Shown: positions 1 to 9,367 of the stretch, one piece after another
Layout of the letters: the number at the start of each line of letters is the position of its first letter
Position numbering within the stretch: position 1 is the first letter of the stretch
Source of the DNA: an uncultured bacterium
GTDB lineage: Bacteria; Bacteroidota; Bacteroidia; Chitinophagales; CAIODY01
Direction: 5' to 3'
Length of the DNA: 64,000 bases
Assembly: GCA_903857255.1 (NCBI GenBank)
Contig: CAIODY010000091.1
Coordinates: 11,831-75,830 of the forward strand
Notes under the pieces: model-generated
What the model saw: only the letters and a program-made list of their open reading frames with translations
What the model was told of the DNA's origin: nothing
Database searches by the model: none
Position numbers and translations under genes: made by a program

Positions 1-266
1 GTGATTTGTTTTTTTACCCATTTTAAACTGTCGGTGGCTTTGTTGGCTAATCGCCAACCAACATTCAATTGTGCTGAATCTTTTGCATCAAAATTTTTCT
101 GTTTCAACACCTCGTTGAGTGCATCATTCATTTTTTGTTCGGTGCTAAACCCAGCAAAATATTTCGCCGCCAATGTATCTTCTTTATGCAAAGCAGAAGC
201 CTGAACTACTTGCTGAAAAAGCATGGTGAAGCTGATTAATAATAAAACTAAATAAAGGTTTTTCAT
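1..266 (-). CDS. hypothetical secreted protein, N-terminal part (the gene runs off the left edge)
   Basis: The reverse complement of 1-266 is open from the ATG at 264-266. It reads MKNLYLVLLLISFTMLFQQVVQASALHKEDTLAAKYFAGFSTEQKMNDALNEV..., with a signal-peptide-like N-terminus. A TACATTTG -7 box lies about 33 nt upstream. I prefer this to the + strand 1..204 ORF in the track. Confidence 0.45.
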   Translation of the reverse strand, partial: MKNLYLVLLLISFTMLFQQVVQASALHKEDTLAAKYFAGFSTEQKMNDALNEVLKQKNFDAKDSAQLNVGWRLANKATDSLKWVKKQI

Positions 267-298
267 TTTTGCTTTGCGCATTTACCGAAAATATTTTT

Positions 299-306
299 CA
301 AATGTA
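299..306 (-). promoter_or_regulatory. Bacteroidota-type -7 promoter box (TACATTTG) for the leftward partial gene
   Basis: The + strand reads caaatgta, so the minus strand reads TACATTTG. This matches TAnnTTTG and lies about 33 nt upstream of the ATG at 266. Confidence 0.4.
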
Positions 307-875
307 AGCATACTAAATTAAACCCAAATTACCGAGCCGAACAAAAATGAAAAAATTGACAAACACTTTTCAGTACTTCAAGATTTTATCATTTTCCTGC
401 TCTGAAAAAACTTTGATGTACCAATTTATCTATTTCATCTTCACACAATTTTTGTTGAAGTTTTAAATCACAAAAAATAGCTTCATCAATGAATTGATGC
501 ATTCCCCGATTCAATATTTGCCTTCCGTCATCATTTTTTTGACTATAAATATCCCATCTTTATAGTGATAGATTGCTTTTGGGAATTCAAAAATTGAATC
601 TTTGAATGCAAATATTGCATCGCTGCCTTCCTCGATGGAATATTTGAACTCAACTTTTCAATTTTTGCCCATAATTATTTAGCCCAAAAGCCCACCGTTG
701 ATGCTTTTAACTACCTTTTTTTCTGGTTTAATGTTAGTTGTATGTTTTTTGAATGAGATAATGAAAAGGCGATAATTAAATATAAAATGCAGCATAGCAA
801 AAAGGCAATAGCCAATGTATCAACTATAAAAAACCAATTCATTAAAACTTAATTAACAGTTGTCAGAATTTTATT

Positions 876-883
876 TATTTTTG
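876..883 (+). promoter_or_regulatory. Bacteroidota-type -7 promoter box (TATTTTTG)
   Basis: It matches TAnnTTTG and lies 20 nt upstream of the ATG at 904. Confidence 0.4.
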
Positions 884-903
884 GTTTCCAAATTTTTTAA
901 GGC

Positions 904-3900
904 ATGAAAAAAATATTACTTTCGTTAGTTGCAGTTTTTATAGTTTTCCAAGTTTTTTTGGGAAGTAATGCGAAGGCGCAATGGGTAAATATTCCTGATA
1001 GTAATTTTGTGAATTGGTTAAAAAACAATGGCTTCAACAGTGCTATGAATGGTAGTTTGATGGATACTACAAATTCATTAATCACAACTACAAGGTCACT
1101 AACCATCAGAACAAATGTTTTTCCAAACAAATCTAATATTAAGGGTGTACAATACTTTGATTCATTAAATTATTTGGATTGTGGTCATTCGATAGATACC
1201 GTACCTCCATTACCACCCAACTTAAAAGTATTAATCGCATCTGGTAATCCGCTGAATAGCTTACCAACTCTGCCATCTGGCTTAAAATATTTAGATATTA
1301 ATGGTATAAATTTACAGGGCGGTTCACTTAACAATTTACCAACCTTACCTACAACACTTACTTATTTGAACGTCAGTAGTTGTCATTTTCCATTACCAAG
1401 TTTACAAAATATTTCACTCGATAGTTTAGATTGTAGTTATAATTTAAGCTTAAATTCACTTCCTATTTTACCAAACTCTTTACAATGGTTAAATTGTGCT
1501 GGCTTGGGAATGTTTGACTCAATAATAAATCTTCCGAATTCAATAACTTATTTGAATTGCAGTGTTAATAATTTGGTTTATATTTCTAATCTGCCAACTT
1601 CTTTAATTAATTTTAATTGCTATGGAAATCTTTTAACGTCTCTGCCTCCTTTACCAAGTACTTTAACCTCTTTTGATTGCGTTGGAAATCTTTTAACGTC
1701 TCTGCCTTCTTTGCCAATCTCTTTACCAGCGCTTTATTGTGGCAACAATCACTTAACCTCATTACCTTCTTTACCAAACTCGTTAACCTATATAGATTGT
1801 GATAATAATAATTTAACTGCATTACCTACTTTACCAAATTTATTAACCTATTTAGATTGTTCTTTTAATCAACTTGGAACCTTGCCACCCCTTCCTGCAA
1901 CACTTTTTAACTTAGTATGTAAAAACAATCAACTTACTTCCATCCCTGCCTTGCCAGCAATTTGTCAAGGAGGGCAATATGGAATTGACTTTACAAACAA
2001 TCTATTAACTAGTTTACCTGCTTTACCTGATTCATTTAGGGGAGAGCTAAGTTGTGGTTATAATCCTCATCTTTATTGTTTGCCTGACTTAAAAAACATC
2101 AGATATTTAGATATAACTGGCACAGGAATTACCTGTTTGCCAAGTTATGGTCATCTAATTCAGGTAAATAGCTCTTCAACATTTCCACCTTTGTGTGGTG
2201 TTTTTAATAGCAATAGCTGTGGTTTTTATTGGAACATCAGCGGTTCAGTTTATGCTGATAAAGATACTTCTTGTACCTATAATGCAACCGATAATGGTTT
2301 GCAAAATGTTAAGGTGCAACTATGGCGCAATGGCAATATCGAACAACAAGTATTTACAAATGTGAATGGTGATTATACTTTTAAAGTACATACCTATGAT
2401 ACCTTTCAGATAAAAGTAGATACAACTGGATTGCCTTATTTCTTAAGTTGTCCTAATCAACAAGTTCTTACCTCTATTATCACCGCTAGCGATTCAACAG
2501 ACTTCAACATGAACTTTGCTATGCGTTGTAAAAACGTAGTCAATGATGTAAAAGCACAAAGCATTAGTGCTGGGCATCATCGCCCAGGCAGAACTGATTA
2601 CTTAACAGTGGATTTATCAAACAGCGTAGGAAATAACGGCTACAATTGCAATACACCACTATCAGGCAAAATAAAATTATTCAAAACAGGTCCAGCAAAG
2701 TTTAAAGCTGGCAATTATTATTCATTAGCTCCAACCCTTGTAAGTGCTGATTCATTGATTTGGAATGTGAGCAATTTTAATTCATTTATCAATTTAGAAA
2801 TCAGTGTTGATACAGCTGCTCAAATAGGTCAGAATGTTTGCTATACCTTAATTGCTGTTCCCAATTTACCAGATGCTAACCCTTATAACGATACATTAAA
2901 CAGTTGTTTTCCAATTTTTAATTCTTTTGACCCCAATATTAAAACTGTTAACCCTCAAGGTAATTTAGGCATAGTTGACACATTGCTTACTTATACTATC
3001 CAATTTCAAAATACAGGAACAGACACAGCCATCAACATTGTAGTAAAAGATACCTTGAATAGCAATTTAGATATTTCAACTATTACAGTAATCAATAGTA
3101 GCTTCACACCTTTAGTACAAACGTTTGGGAATGTAGCAGTATTTAATTTCCCCAACATTTACTTAGTTGATAGCACTACCAATCCACCATTAAGTCATGG
3201 CTTTGTTACTTTTTCTATTAAACGTTTATTGGGCAGCAACGGAAGCCCTATTCCTAACAAAGCTTCTATTTATTTTGATTTGAATCCAGCAGTTGTAACC
3301 AACACAACCAATAATATAATTTGTAATAGTCCTACCACTTATAGTTTTAATCAATCTATTTATAGTGGCAATTATTTTGTTTTCAATGGTGATACATTGT
3401 ATAGCGCAGGTACTTATACAGATACTTTGGTAAATTATGTAGGTTGCGATTCGATTGTAACGCTGCATTTGTTGTTATGCACACCTATTTCAAATAATAT
3501 TTCCCAATCTATTTGCGGCAGCCAAACTTATTATTTCCATCATCAAAATTTAAACACCGCAGGGCTTTATCATGATACTTTAACCAATGTAAATGGTTGT
3601 GATTCCATTATCAATTTAACCTTGAATGTGGTTACAACTATTCGAGATAGTTTTACTCAAACCATTTGTTCTCCTCAAACATTCACATTTAATAGTCAAA
3701 CACTTTCGGCTAATGGTTTTTATAGCGATACTTTAACCAGCAGTGGTGGTTGTGATTCTATTTCTACGCTGCATTTAATTGTTAAAAATCCCTCTTCATC
3801 ATCCATTTCAGCCACTATTTGCAGCAATGATATTTATACATTGAATAGTCAAACATTCAGCAGCGCAGGCATTTATAATGATACTATTCCTAATTACGCA

Positions 3901-6720
3901 GGTTGCGATTCGGTGATTACTTTAACACTGCATGTAAATAATATTTCAGCCACACCAATCACCCAAACTGCTTGTGATAACTATTTATTTGGTGGGCAAA
4001 CTTTAACAGCAAGTGGCACTTATTATGATACGCTGACCAACTATTTGAATTGTGATTCGTTATTGGTTTTAACCTTAACTATCCATCATTCATCTTCATC
4101 AATCGTTTATGATACTACTTGTAATAATGTACCTTTTGTGTTGAATGGTAAAAGCTTTACTACTGCTGGTGTTCATTACGATACGTTGCAAAACTATATG
4201 CTGTGCGATTCCATCATCACATTGAATTTGTATCTAAAACCAATTGTGATAACCAATTTAAGTCAGACCATTTGTAATGGATATGTGTATGTATTTAATG
4301 GAAACAATTTAACCACCGCTGGCACTTACTATGATACTTTAACTGCTTACAATGGTTGCGACTCCATTGTTGCATTGAGTTTAGCTGTCAACAATCCATC
4401 AGCATCTGCTGTGAATGGCACATTGTGTAACGGCAATAATTTTGTGTTTAATAGCAAAACTTATACATCTGCTGGCACCTATTACGATACGCTGCAAAAC
4501 TATGTGCTTTGTGATTCGATAATTACGATTACAGTGATTAATGGAAGCAATTCTGCATCGGCGTTTAATCATACCACTTGCAGTAATAATCCTTACTATT
4601 TTCATCATCAATTCTTAAACGTAAGCAACAATTACAATGATACCATTCCAAATTATTTAGGCTGCGATTCAGTGATAACACTAACGCTCAATGTGCTACA
4701 AATAAGCGGTTCAGCCTATACTGATTCTATTTGTGGAAATCAGTATTATACGTTTCACAATCAAAATTTGAATATTGGCGGCACTTATTATGATACGTTG
4801 CAAAATTATTTGCTTTGCGATTCCATCATTACTTTAACATTGAAAGTAAATCCCATTAGCAATTATGCATTCACACAAGATATTTGCAGCAGCAGTTTTT
4901 ATACTTTCAATGGAAATAATTTAAACACCACAGGTTTTTATAAAGACACTTTGCAAAATTATCATCTCTGCGATTCCATCATCACGTTGCATTTAATTGT
5001 TCATCAGCCCGATACCACTAATTTAATTCAGCACATTTGCCGAGGTGGCAGTTATTCATTCAATAATCAAAGCTTGACTACCACTGGTGTTTATTGGGAT
5101 ACTTTATCAACCAGTTGGTTGGGTTGCGATAGTTTTATAGTGTTGCATTTATTTGTTGATACTGCCACTTATGCTTCTATCAATCACACCATTTGTAGTA
5201 ATAATTTCTACCATTTTCACCATCAAAACTTGAATCAAGCTGGCACTTATTATGATACCCTTTTGAATTATAACAATTGTGATTCTATAGTTACGCTTAC
5301 GCTAAGTATTTTGCCAACAAGCGGAACTATAATTCCGCAAAGCACTTGCGCCAATCAACCTTTTGTGTTTAATGGGCAATCATTAACTACAGCCGGCACT
5401 TATTATGATACCTTGCAAAACTATTTAGGCTGCGACAGCTTGATAACACTGCAACTATCTATTATTCCAACTTCGAGCTATTCGTATAATGATACTATTT
5501 GTGATAATCATCCATTATTATTTAATAATCATTTATTGCAAGCGTCAGGTACTTATTATGATACCTTGCAAAATTATTTAGGTTGCGACAGCTTGATAAC
5601 ACTGCATTTGATAGCACATACATCAGGTACTTTTATTTTTAGTGCAGGAGTTTGTAATGGAAGTACTTATAATTTTCAAGGCTTGAGTTTGACTACTGCT
5701 GGTACTTATACAGTAAACTATATTAATCAATTTGGCTGCGATAGTATTTTTGTTTTGCATTTGCATCAAGTGAATAGTAGCGGTTCATCATTTACTCAAA
5801 CTATTTGTGGCGGACAATCTTACAACTTCAATGGGCATAATTTGATTAACCCAGGTACTTATTATGATACGCTTACTAATTATATGGGCTGCGACAGCTT
5901 GATAACACTGCATTTGCAGGCTGGCTCTAGTTCGTTTAGCAATATCACTCAAACTATTTGCAATGGCTCATCTTACACTTTTCATAACCAACAATTAACC
6001 GCCTCGGGTATTTATTATGATACGTTAATTAATTCAAGTGGCTGTAACACTTTGGTAACACTAAATTTGACGGTGATTAATAATTCTTCTTCTACAATTA
6101 GCCAAACTATTTGTAATGGTCAATCGTATAATTTCTTTGGGCAACATTTGTTTGCAACTGGCTTTTACACACATCACTTCACCAACTACTTAGGCTGCGA
6201 TTCATCAGTAATATTAAATTTAACAGTAAATAAACCGAATGTAAATGTTACAGAAGTGGATACTATTTTAACTGCACAAGCAATAGGTTCAACTTATCAA
6301 TGGGCAACTTGTCATGGCAATCAACAAAATATTTATCAGCCTATTGCAGGTTCAACCAGTGCCAGTTTCACCGCTGATTCAACAGGTTGGTATGCTGTAA
6401 TTGTTACCACAAATGGCTGTATTGATACGAGCGTTTGTTACTTTGTAAACAGACCACCACTCAATACTGGCATTGGTGCGTTGAATAGTAGTAACATAAA
6501 AGTATATCCAAACCCAACTGATAATTTATTGCATATTCAATGGCAGCCCGAAGAGCATTTGCAAAAAATTATTTTGCAAGATGCTATTGGAAAAATGGTG
6601 AAAGAAATTTATCCAATCAACAATAACGAAACTTTATCTATCAAAGATTTACCGCAAGGAATTTATTTCTTGCACTTGCTAGGTAATAAAGAAAAAGTGT
6701 TGAAAGTGATAAAAGAATAA
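904..6720 (+). CDS. giant T9SS-secreted surface protein: LRR domain, beta-sandwich domains, 19 tandem two-Cys repeats and a T9SS C-terminal sorting domain
   Basis: 1938-aa ORF with a signal peptide (MKKILLSLVAVFIVFQVFLGSNAKA). It has about 15 leucine-rich repeats with an LTSLPxLP core. A Cna-B/SdrD-like segment and a DUF11-like segment (LTYTIQFQNTGTDTAINIVVKDTL) follow. Then come 19 repeats of about 51 aa. The C-terminus fits the T9SS sorting-domain pattern (KVYPNPTDNLLHIQ...GIYFLHLLG...KVIKE). Confidence 0.9.
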   Translation: MKKILLSLVAVFIVFQVFLGSNAKAQWVNIPDSNFVNWLKNNGFNSAMNGSLMDTTNSLITTTRSLTIRTNVFPNKSNIKGVQYFDSLNYLDCGHSIDTVPPLPPNLKVLIASGNPLNSLPTLPSGLKYLDINGINLQGGSLNNLPTLPTTLTYLNVSSCHFPLPSLQNISLDSLDCSYNLSLNSLPILPNSLQWLNCAGLGMFDSIINLPNSITYLNCSVNNLVYISNLPTSLINFNCYGNLLTSLPPLPSTLTSFDCVGNLLTSLPSLPISLPALYCGNNHLTSLPSLPNSLTYIDCDNNNLTALPTLPNLLTYLDCSFNQLGTLPPLPATLFNLVCKNNQLTSIPALPAICQGGQYGIDFTNNLLTSLPALPDSFRGELSCGYNPHLYCLPDLKNIRYLDITGTGITCLPSYGHLIQVNSSSTFPPLCGVFNSNSCGFYWNISGSVYADKDTSCTYNATDNGLQNVKVQLWRNGNIEQQVFTNVNGDYTFKVHTYDTFQIKVDTTGLPYFLSCPNQQVLTSIITASDSTDFNMNFAMRCKNVVNDVKAQSISAGHHRPGRTDYLTVDLSNSVGNNGYNCNTPLSGKIKLFKTGPAKFKAGNYYSLAPTLVSADSLIWNVSNFNSFINLEISVDTAAQIGQNVCYTLIAVPNLPDANPYNDTLNSCFPIFNSFDPNIKTVNPQGNLGIVDTLLTYTIQFQNTGTDTAINIVVKDTLNSNLDISTITVINSSFTPLVQTFGNVAVFNFPNIYLVDSTTNPPLSHGFVTFSIKRLLGSNGSPIPNKASIYFDLNPAVVTNTTNNIICNSPTTYSFNQSIYSGNYFVFNGDTLYSAGTYTDTLVNYVGCDSIVTLHLLLCTPISNNISQSICGSQTYYFHHQNLNTAGLYHDTLTNVNGCDSIINLTLNVVTTIRDSFTQTICSPQTFTFNSQTLSANGFYSDTLTSSGGCDSISTLHLIVKNPSSSSISATICSNDIYTLNSQTFSSAGIYNDTIPNYAGCDSVITLTLHVNNISATPITQTACDNYLFGGQTLTASGTYYDTLTNYLNCDSLLVLTLTIHHSSSSIVYDTTCNNVPFVLNGKSFTTAGVHYDTLQNYMLCDSIITLNLYLKPIVITNLSQTICNGYVYVFNGNNLTTAGTYYDTLTAYNGCDSIVALSLAVNNPSASAVNGTLCNGNNFVFNSKTYTSAGTYYDTLQNYVLCDSIITITVINGSNSASAFNHTTCSNNPYYFHHQFLNVSNNYNDTIPNYLGCDSVITLTLNVLQISGSAYTDSICGNQYYTFHNQNLNIGGTYYDTLQNYLLCDSIITLTLKVNPISNYAFTQDICSSSFYTFNGNNLNTTGFYKDTLQNYHLCDSIITLHLIVHQPDTTNLIQHICRGGSYSFNNQSLTTTGVYWDTLSTSWLGCDSFIVLHLFVDTATYASINHTICSNNFYHFHHQNLNQAGTYYDTLLNYNNCDSIVTLTLSILPTSGTIIPQSTCANQPFVFNGQSLTTAGTYYDTLQNYLGCDSLITLQLSIIPTSSYSYNDTICDNHPLLFNNHLLQASGTYYDTLQNYLGCDSLITLHLIAHTSGTFIFSAGVCNGSTYNFQGLSLTTAGTYTVNYINQFGCDSIFVLHLHQVNSSGSSFTQTICGGQSYNFNGHNLINPGTYYDTLTNYMGCDSLITLHLQAGSSSFSNITQTICNGSSYTFHNQQLTASGIYYDTLINSSGCNTLVTLNLTVINNSSSTISQTICNGQSYNFFGQHLFATGFYTHHFTNYLGCDSSVILNLTVNKPNVNVTEVDTILTAQAIGSTYQWATCHGNQQNIYQPIAGSTSASFTADSTGWYAVIVTTNGCIDTSVCYFVNRPPLNTGIGALNSSNIKVYPNPTDNLLHIQWQPEEHLQKIILQDAIGKMVKEIYPINNNETLSIKDLPQGIYFLHLLGNKEKVLKVIKE
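1160..2140 (+). repeat. leucine-rich repeat array (about 15 units of 20-22 aa) inside the 904..6720 gene
   Basis: Units repeat as LxxLxCxxNxLTSLPxLPxx (NLLTSLPPLPSTLTSFDC, NLLTSLPSLPISLPALYC, NHLTSLPSLPNSLTYIDC, NNLTALPTLPNLLTYLDC ...). Neighbouring units around 1620-1715 share the near-identical DNA string ggaaatcttttaacgtctctgcct. Confidence 0.8.
3311..6232 (+). repeat. 19 tandem coding repeats of about 153 nt (about 51 aa)
   Basis: Approximate consensus: sQTIC.G..Y.FNGq.LT.AGTYYDTL.NY.GCDSiiTL.L.V. The GCDS/CDS motif occurs 19 times. The 23-nt string tgcgacagcttgataacactgca recurs at 5431, 5584 and 5890, offsets of 153 and 306 nt. Confidence 0.85.
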
Positions 6721-6799
6721 GGATTACCATTTCCGAATTTTAATACTAAAAAAATAAAACCGAACGCTTATCTTTGGCACTCAAAATTTTTTTTAATCA

Positions 6800-7759
6800 A
6801 TGAAAAAGTTTATTTACGCTATTGCAACATCATTAATAGTTGCACATTCTTATGCACAAGCACCGCAAGCCGATAACGATTTGTATCCGCCAAATGCAGA
6901 GCCAGGCAAGTGTTACGCCAAATGTTTGAAGCCCGATGTGTTTGAAACTGTTACTGAAAAAGTGATGATTGAACCTGATAAAAAAGCGTACAGAATTATT
7001 CCGACAACATACAAAACGGTTACCGAACAAGTGATGGTGAAAGCCGAAACGAAGCGTTTGGAAATTATTCCAGCAGTATATGAAACGCAAACTGAACAAG
7101 TAAAAGTGAAAGACGAAACGAAGCGTTTAATCAACATTTCAGCTACTTACAAAACAGTTACAGAGCAAATGTTGACAAAACCCGAAGGGCAAAAATGGGT
7201 GAAAAAACATCAAACTGGTTGCTTGAGCGAAAACCCTGATGATTGCATTATTATGTGTTTGGAAAAAACACCTGCTGAATACAAAACTGTTACCAAACAA
7301 GTGTTGGATAAACCAGCTTCCACTCGTGAAGAAGTGATTCCAGCTGAATACAAAACCGTAACTAAAACTGTGGTGAAAACACCTGCCACTACTAAAGAAA
7401 TAGTAATTCCAGCCGAATACAAAACAGTTACCAAACAAGTGGTTGATGTAGCTGCTCATACAGTAGATGTAAACACACCGGCTGAATATCAAACGGTTTC
7501 AAAACGTGTTTTGAAAACAAAAGGTGGTTACAGCGAATGGAAAGAAATTGTTTGCGATAACAAAGTAAATACAGATGTGGTAAGTCAAATTCAATCTGCT
7601 TTGAAAAAGAAAGGTTATGATATTGGACCAAAAGGCGTTGATGGTGTTTTAGGAACTGATACCAAAGCTGCTTTGGTGAAATATCAAAAAGACAATTCAT
7701 TGCCTGTTGGTAATTTGAACATCGAAACGATGAAATCTTTGGGTGTAAAATTTGACTAA
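6800..7759 (+). CDS. secreted protein with seven (P)AEYKTVTKQV-type repeats and a C-terminal peptidoglycan-binding (PG_binding_1-like) domain
   Basis: Signal peptide MKKFIYAIATSLIVAHSYAQA. There are seven copies of x-Y-[KEQ]-T-[VQ]-[TS]-[EK]-[QTR]-[VM] (TTYKTVTEQV, AVYETQTEQV, ATYKTVTEQM, AEYKTVTKQV, AEYKTVTKTV, AEYKTVTKQV, AEYQTVSKRV). The C-terminus GYDIGPKGVDGVLGTDTKAALVKYQKDNSLPVGNLNIETMKSLGV resembles the PG-binding helical domain. Confidence 0.8.
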   Translation: MKKFIYAIATSLIVAHSYAQAPQADNDLYPPNAEPGKCYAKCLKPDVFETVTEKVMIEPDKKAYRIIPTTYKTVTEQVMVKAETKRLEIIPAVYETQTEQVKVKDETKRLINISATYKTVTEQMLTKPEGQKWVKKHQTGCLSENPDDCIIMCLEKTPAEYKTVTKQVLDKPASTREEVIPAEYKTVTKTVVKTPATTKEIVIPAEYKTVTKQVVDVAAHTVDVNTPAEYQTVSKRVLKTKGGYSEWKEIVCDNKVNTDVVSQIQSALKKKGYDIGPKGVDGVLGTDTKAALVKYQKDNSLPVGNLNIETMKSLGVKFD

Positions 7760-7777
7760 AATAATTTGCAAGAAACT

Positions 7778-7814
7778 AAAAAGCCGCAGCGATGAAAATT
7801 GTTGCGGCTTTTTT
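7778..7814. terminator. bidirectional intrinsic terminator between convergent genes
   Basis: The stem gccgcagc (7783-7790) pairs with gttgcggc (7801-7808) with one G-U pair. It is flanked by AAAAA on the left and TTTTTT on the right. Confidence 0.7.
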
Positions 7815-7833
7815 ATTGGTAAAATTCGTTCTA

Positions 7834-9144
7834 TCAAATCCTTTTCAAATCCGCTCCCAAAGCCATTAATCGCTTATCAATAAATTGATAACCACGGTCA
7901 ATTTGTTCGATATTATGAATGGTGGATTTTCCGTTGGCTGAAAGTGCTGCAATCAGCAAAGCCACACCGGCTCTGATGTCGGGGCTGGTCATGCTGATGC
8001 CACGGAGTTGATGTTGGCGATTATTTCCAATCACGGTGCAACGATGTGGGTCGCATAAAATAATCTGTGCGCCCATTTCAATTAATTTATCGGTAAAAAA
8101 TAATCTGCTCTCAAACATTTTTTGATGAATCAACACCGAGCCTTTTGCAAAAATAGAGGTTACTAAAACGATACTGATTAAATCAGGTGTGAAGCCAGGC
8201 CATGGTGCATCATCCACCGTCAGAATAGAGCCATCAATAAAGGTTTGAATCTCATAAGGTTTGCTACCATGCACAATGATGTCATCATTTTTTTCTTCAA
8301 AATCAATTCCTAATCGGCGAAAAACGGTGGGTATCAAACCCAAATGTTCGTAGCCAACTCCTTTAATTTTTATTTCAGATTGTGTAACGGCTGCTAAGCC
8401 AATAAAGCTGCCTACTTCAATCATATCAGGCAACAAACGATGTTCGGTGCCGCCTAATTTTTCAACGCCTTCAATCGAAATTAAATTGCTGCCAATGCCT
8501 GTAATTTTTGCACCCATTCTATTCAGCATGTTGCAAAGCTGCTGTAGATAAGGCTCACAGGCTGCATTGAAAATTGTTGTTTTGCCTTTTGCCATCACGG
8601 CTGCCATGATAATATTGGCTGTGCCCGTTACCGAAGCCTCATCCAGCAACATGTAGCAGCCTTTTAATTCCTTTGCATCAATGCTAAAAAATCCATCGTT
8701 GCTATCAAAATTAAATTTTGCACCCAAATTTTGAAAGCCTATAAAGTGAGTATCCAAGCGGCGTCTGCCAATTTTGTCGCCACCTGGTTTTGGCATAAAT
8801 GCTTTTTTGTATCGAGCCAATAATGGTCCTAAAATCATTATCGAACCACGAAGTGCGCCACCTTTTTTGCGAAATGCTTCGCTTTGCATAAAATCTAAAT
8901 TCACATCTTTTGCCTCGAAAGAATAGGTGTCGTCAGCAATTTTTGAAACAACAACACCAAAATCTCTCATCAAATCAATCAATGCCAGCACATCTCTGAT
9001 TTGCGGAATATTGCTAATCGTTATTTTTTCTTCGGTTAATAAAACAGCAGAAATAATCTGCAAAGCCTCATTCTTTGCGCCTTGCGGAGTGATTTCGCCA
9101 CTTAATTTTTTTCCACCAATAACTTCAAATGCTGTTGATTCCAT
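7834..9144 (-). CDS. murA: UDP-N-acetylglucosamine 1-carboxyvinyltransferase
   Basis: 436 aa. The N-terminus FEVIGGKKLSGEITPQGAKNEALQIISAVLLT and the overall length and pattern are typical of MurA. The gene ends with a TGA stop. Confidence 0.93.
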   Translation of the reverse strand: MESTAFEVIGGKKLSGEITPQGAKNEALQIISAVLLTEEKITISNIPQIRDVLALIDLMRDFGVVVSKIADDTYSFEAKDVNLDFMQSEAFRKKGGALRGSIMILGPLLARYKKAFMPKPGGDKIGRRRLDTHFIGFQNLGAKFNFDSNDGFFSIDAKELKGCYMLLDEASVTGTANIIMAAVMAKGKTTIFNAACEPYLQQLCNMLNRMGAKITGIGSNLISIEGVEKLGGTEHRLLPDMIEVGSFIGLAAVTQSEIKIKGVGYEHLGLIPTVFRRLGIDFEEKNDDIIVHGSKPYEIQTFIDGSILTVDDAPWPGFTPDLISIVLVTSIFAKGSVLIHQKMFESRLFFTDKLIEMGAQIILCDPHRCTVIGNNRQHQLRGISMTSPDIRAGVALLIAALSANGKSTIHNIEQIDRGYQFIDKRLMALGADLKRI

Positions 9145-9367
9145 AAATGAATTTTGTGAACGCTAAATTAAATTGCAGTTGCTTGCAATTCAAAAACAAA
9201 ACATTTTCTTACACACATTTTAAAACGAGTGTTAGAAATTTTGAGCGATAAAAAAATCTAACTACTTGTTTGGTATAATTTGAAACAGGTACTTGTATTT
9301 TTTTACTGAAAATGAGTTGGAAGGAAAATCAAAAAAATGTAAAAATTTTCACAAAGCATTTCATTCA

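Noticed and set aside
1-204. A + strand 67-aa ORF at the left edge.
   Set aside because: The sequence is low-complexity and not protein-like. The opposite strand carries a better ORF with an ATG, a signal peptide and an upstream -7 box.
395-672. TGA might be read as a sense codon (alternative genetic code), because both interruptions of the small decayed ORF are TGA.
   Set aside because: TGA clearly acts as a stop in this window. murA ends at a TGA with a normal C-terminus. Reading through the TGA in cyoE gives nonsense, whereas a frameshift gives the conserved sequence.
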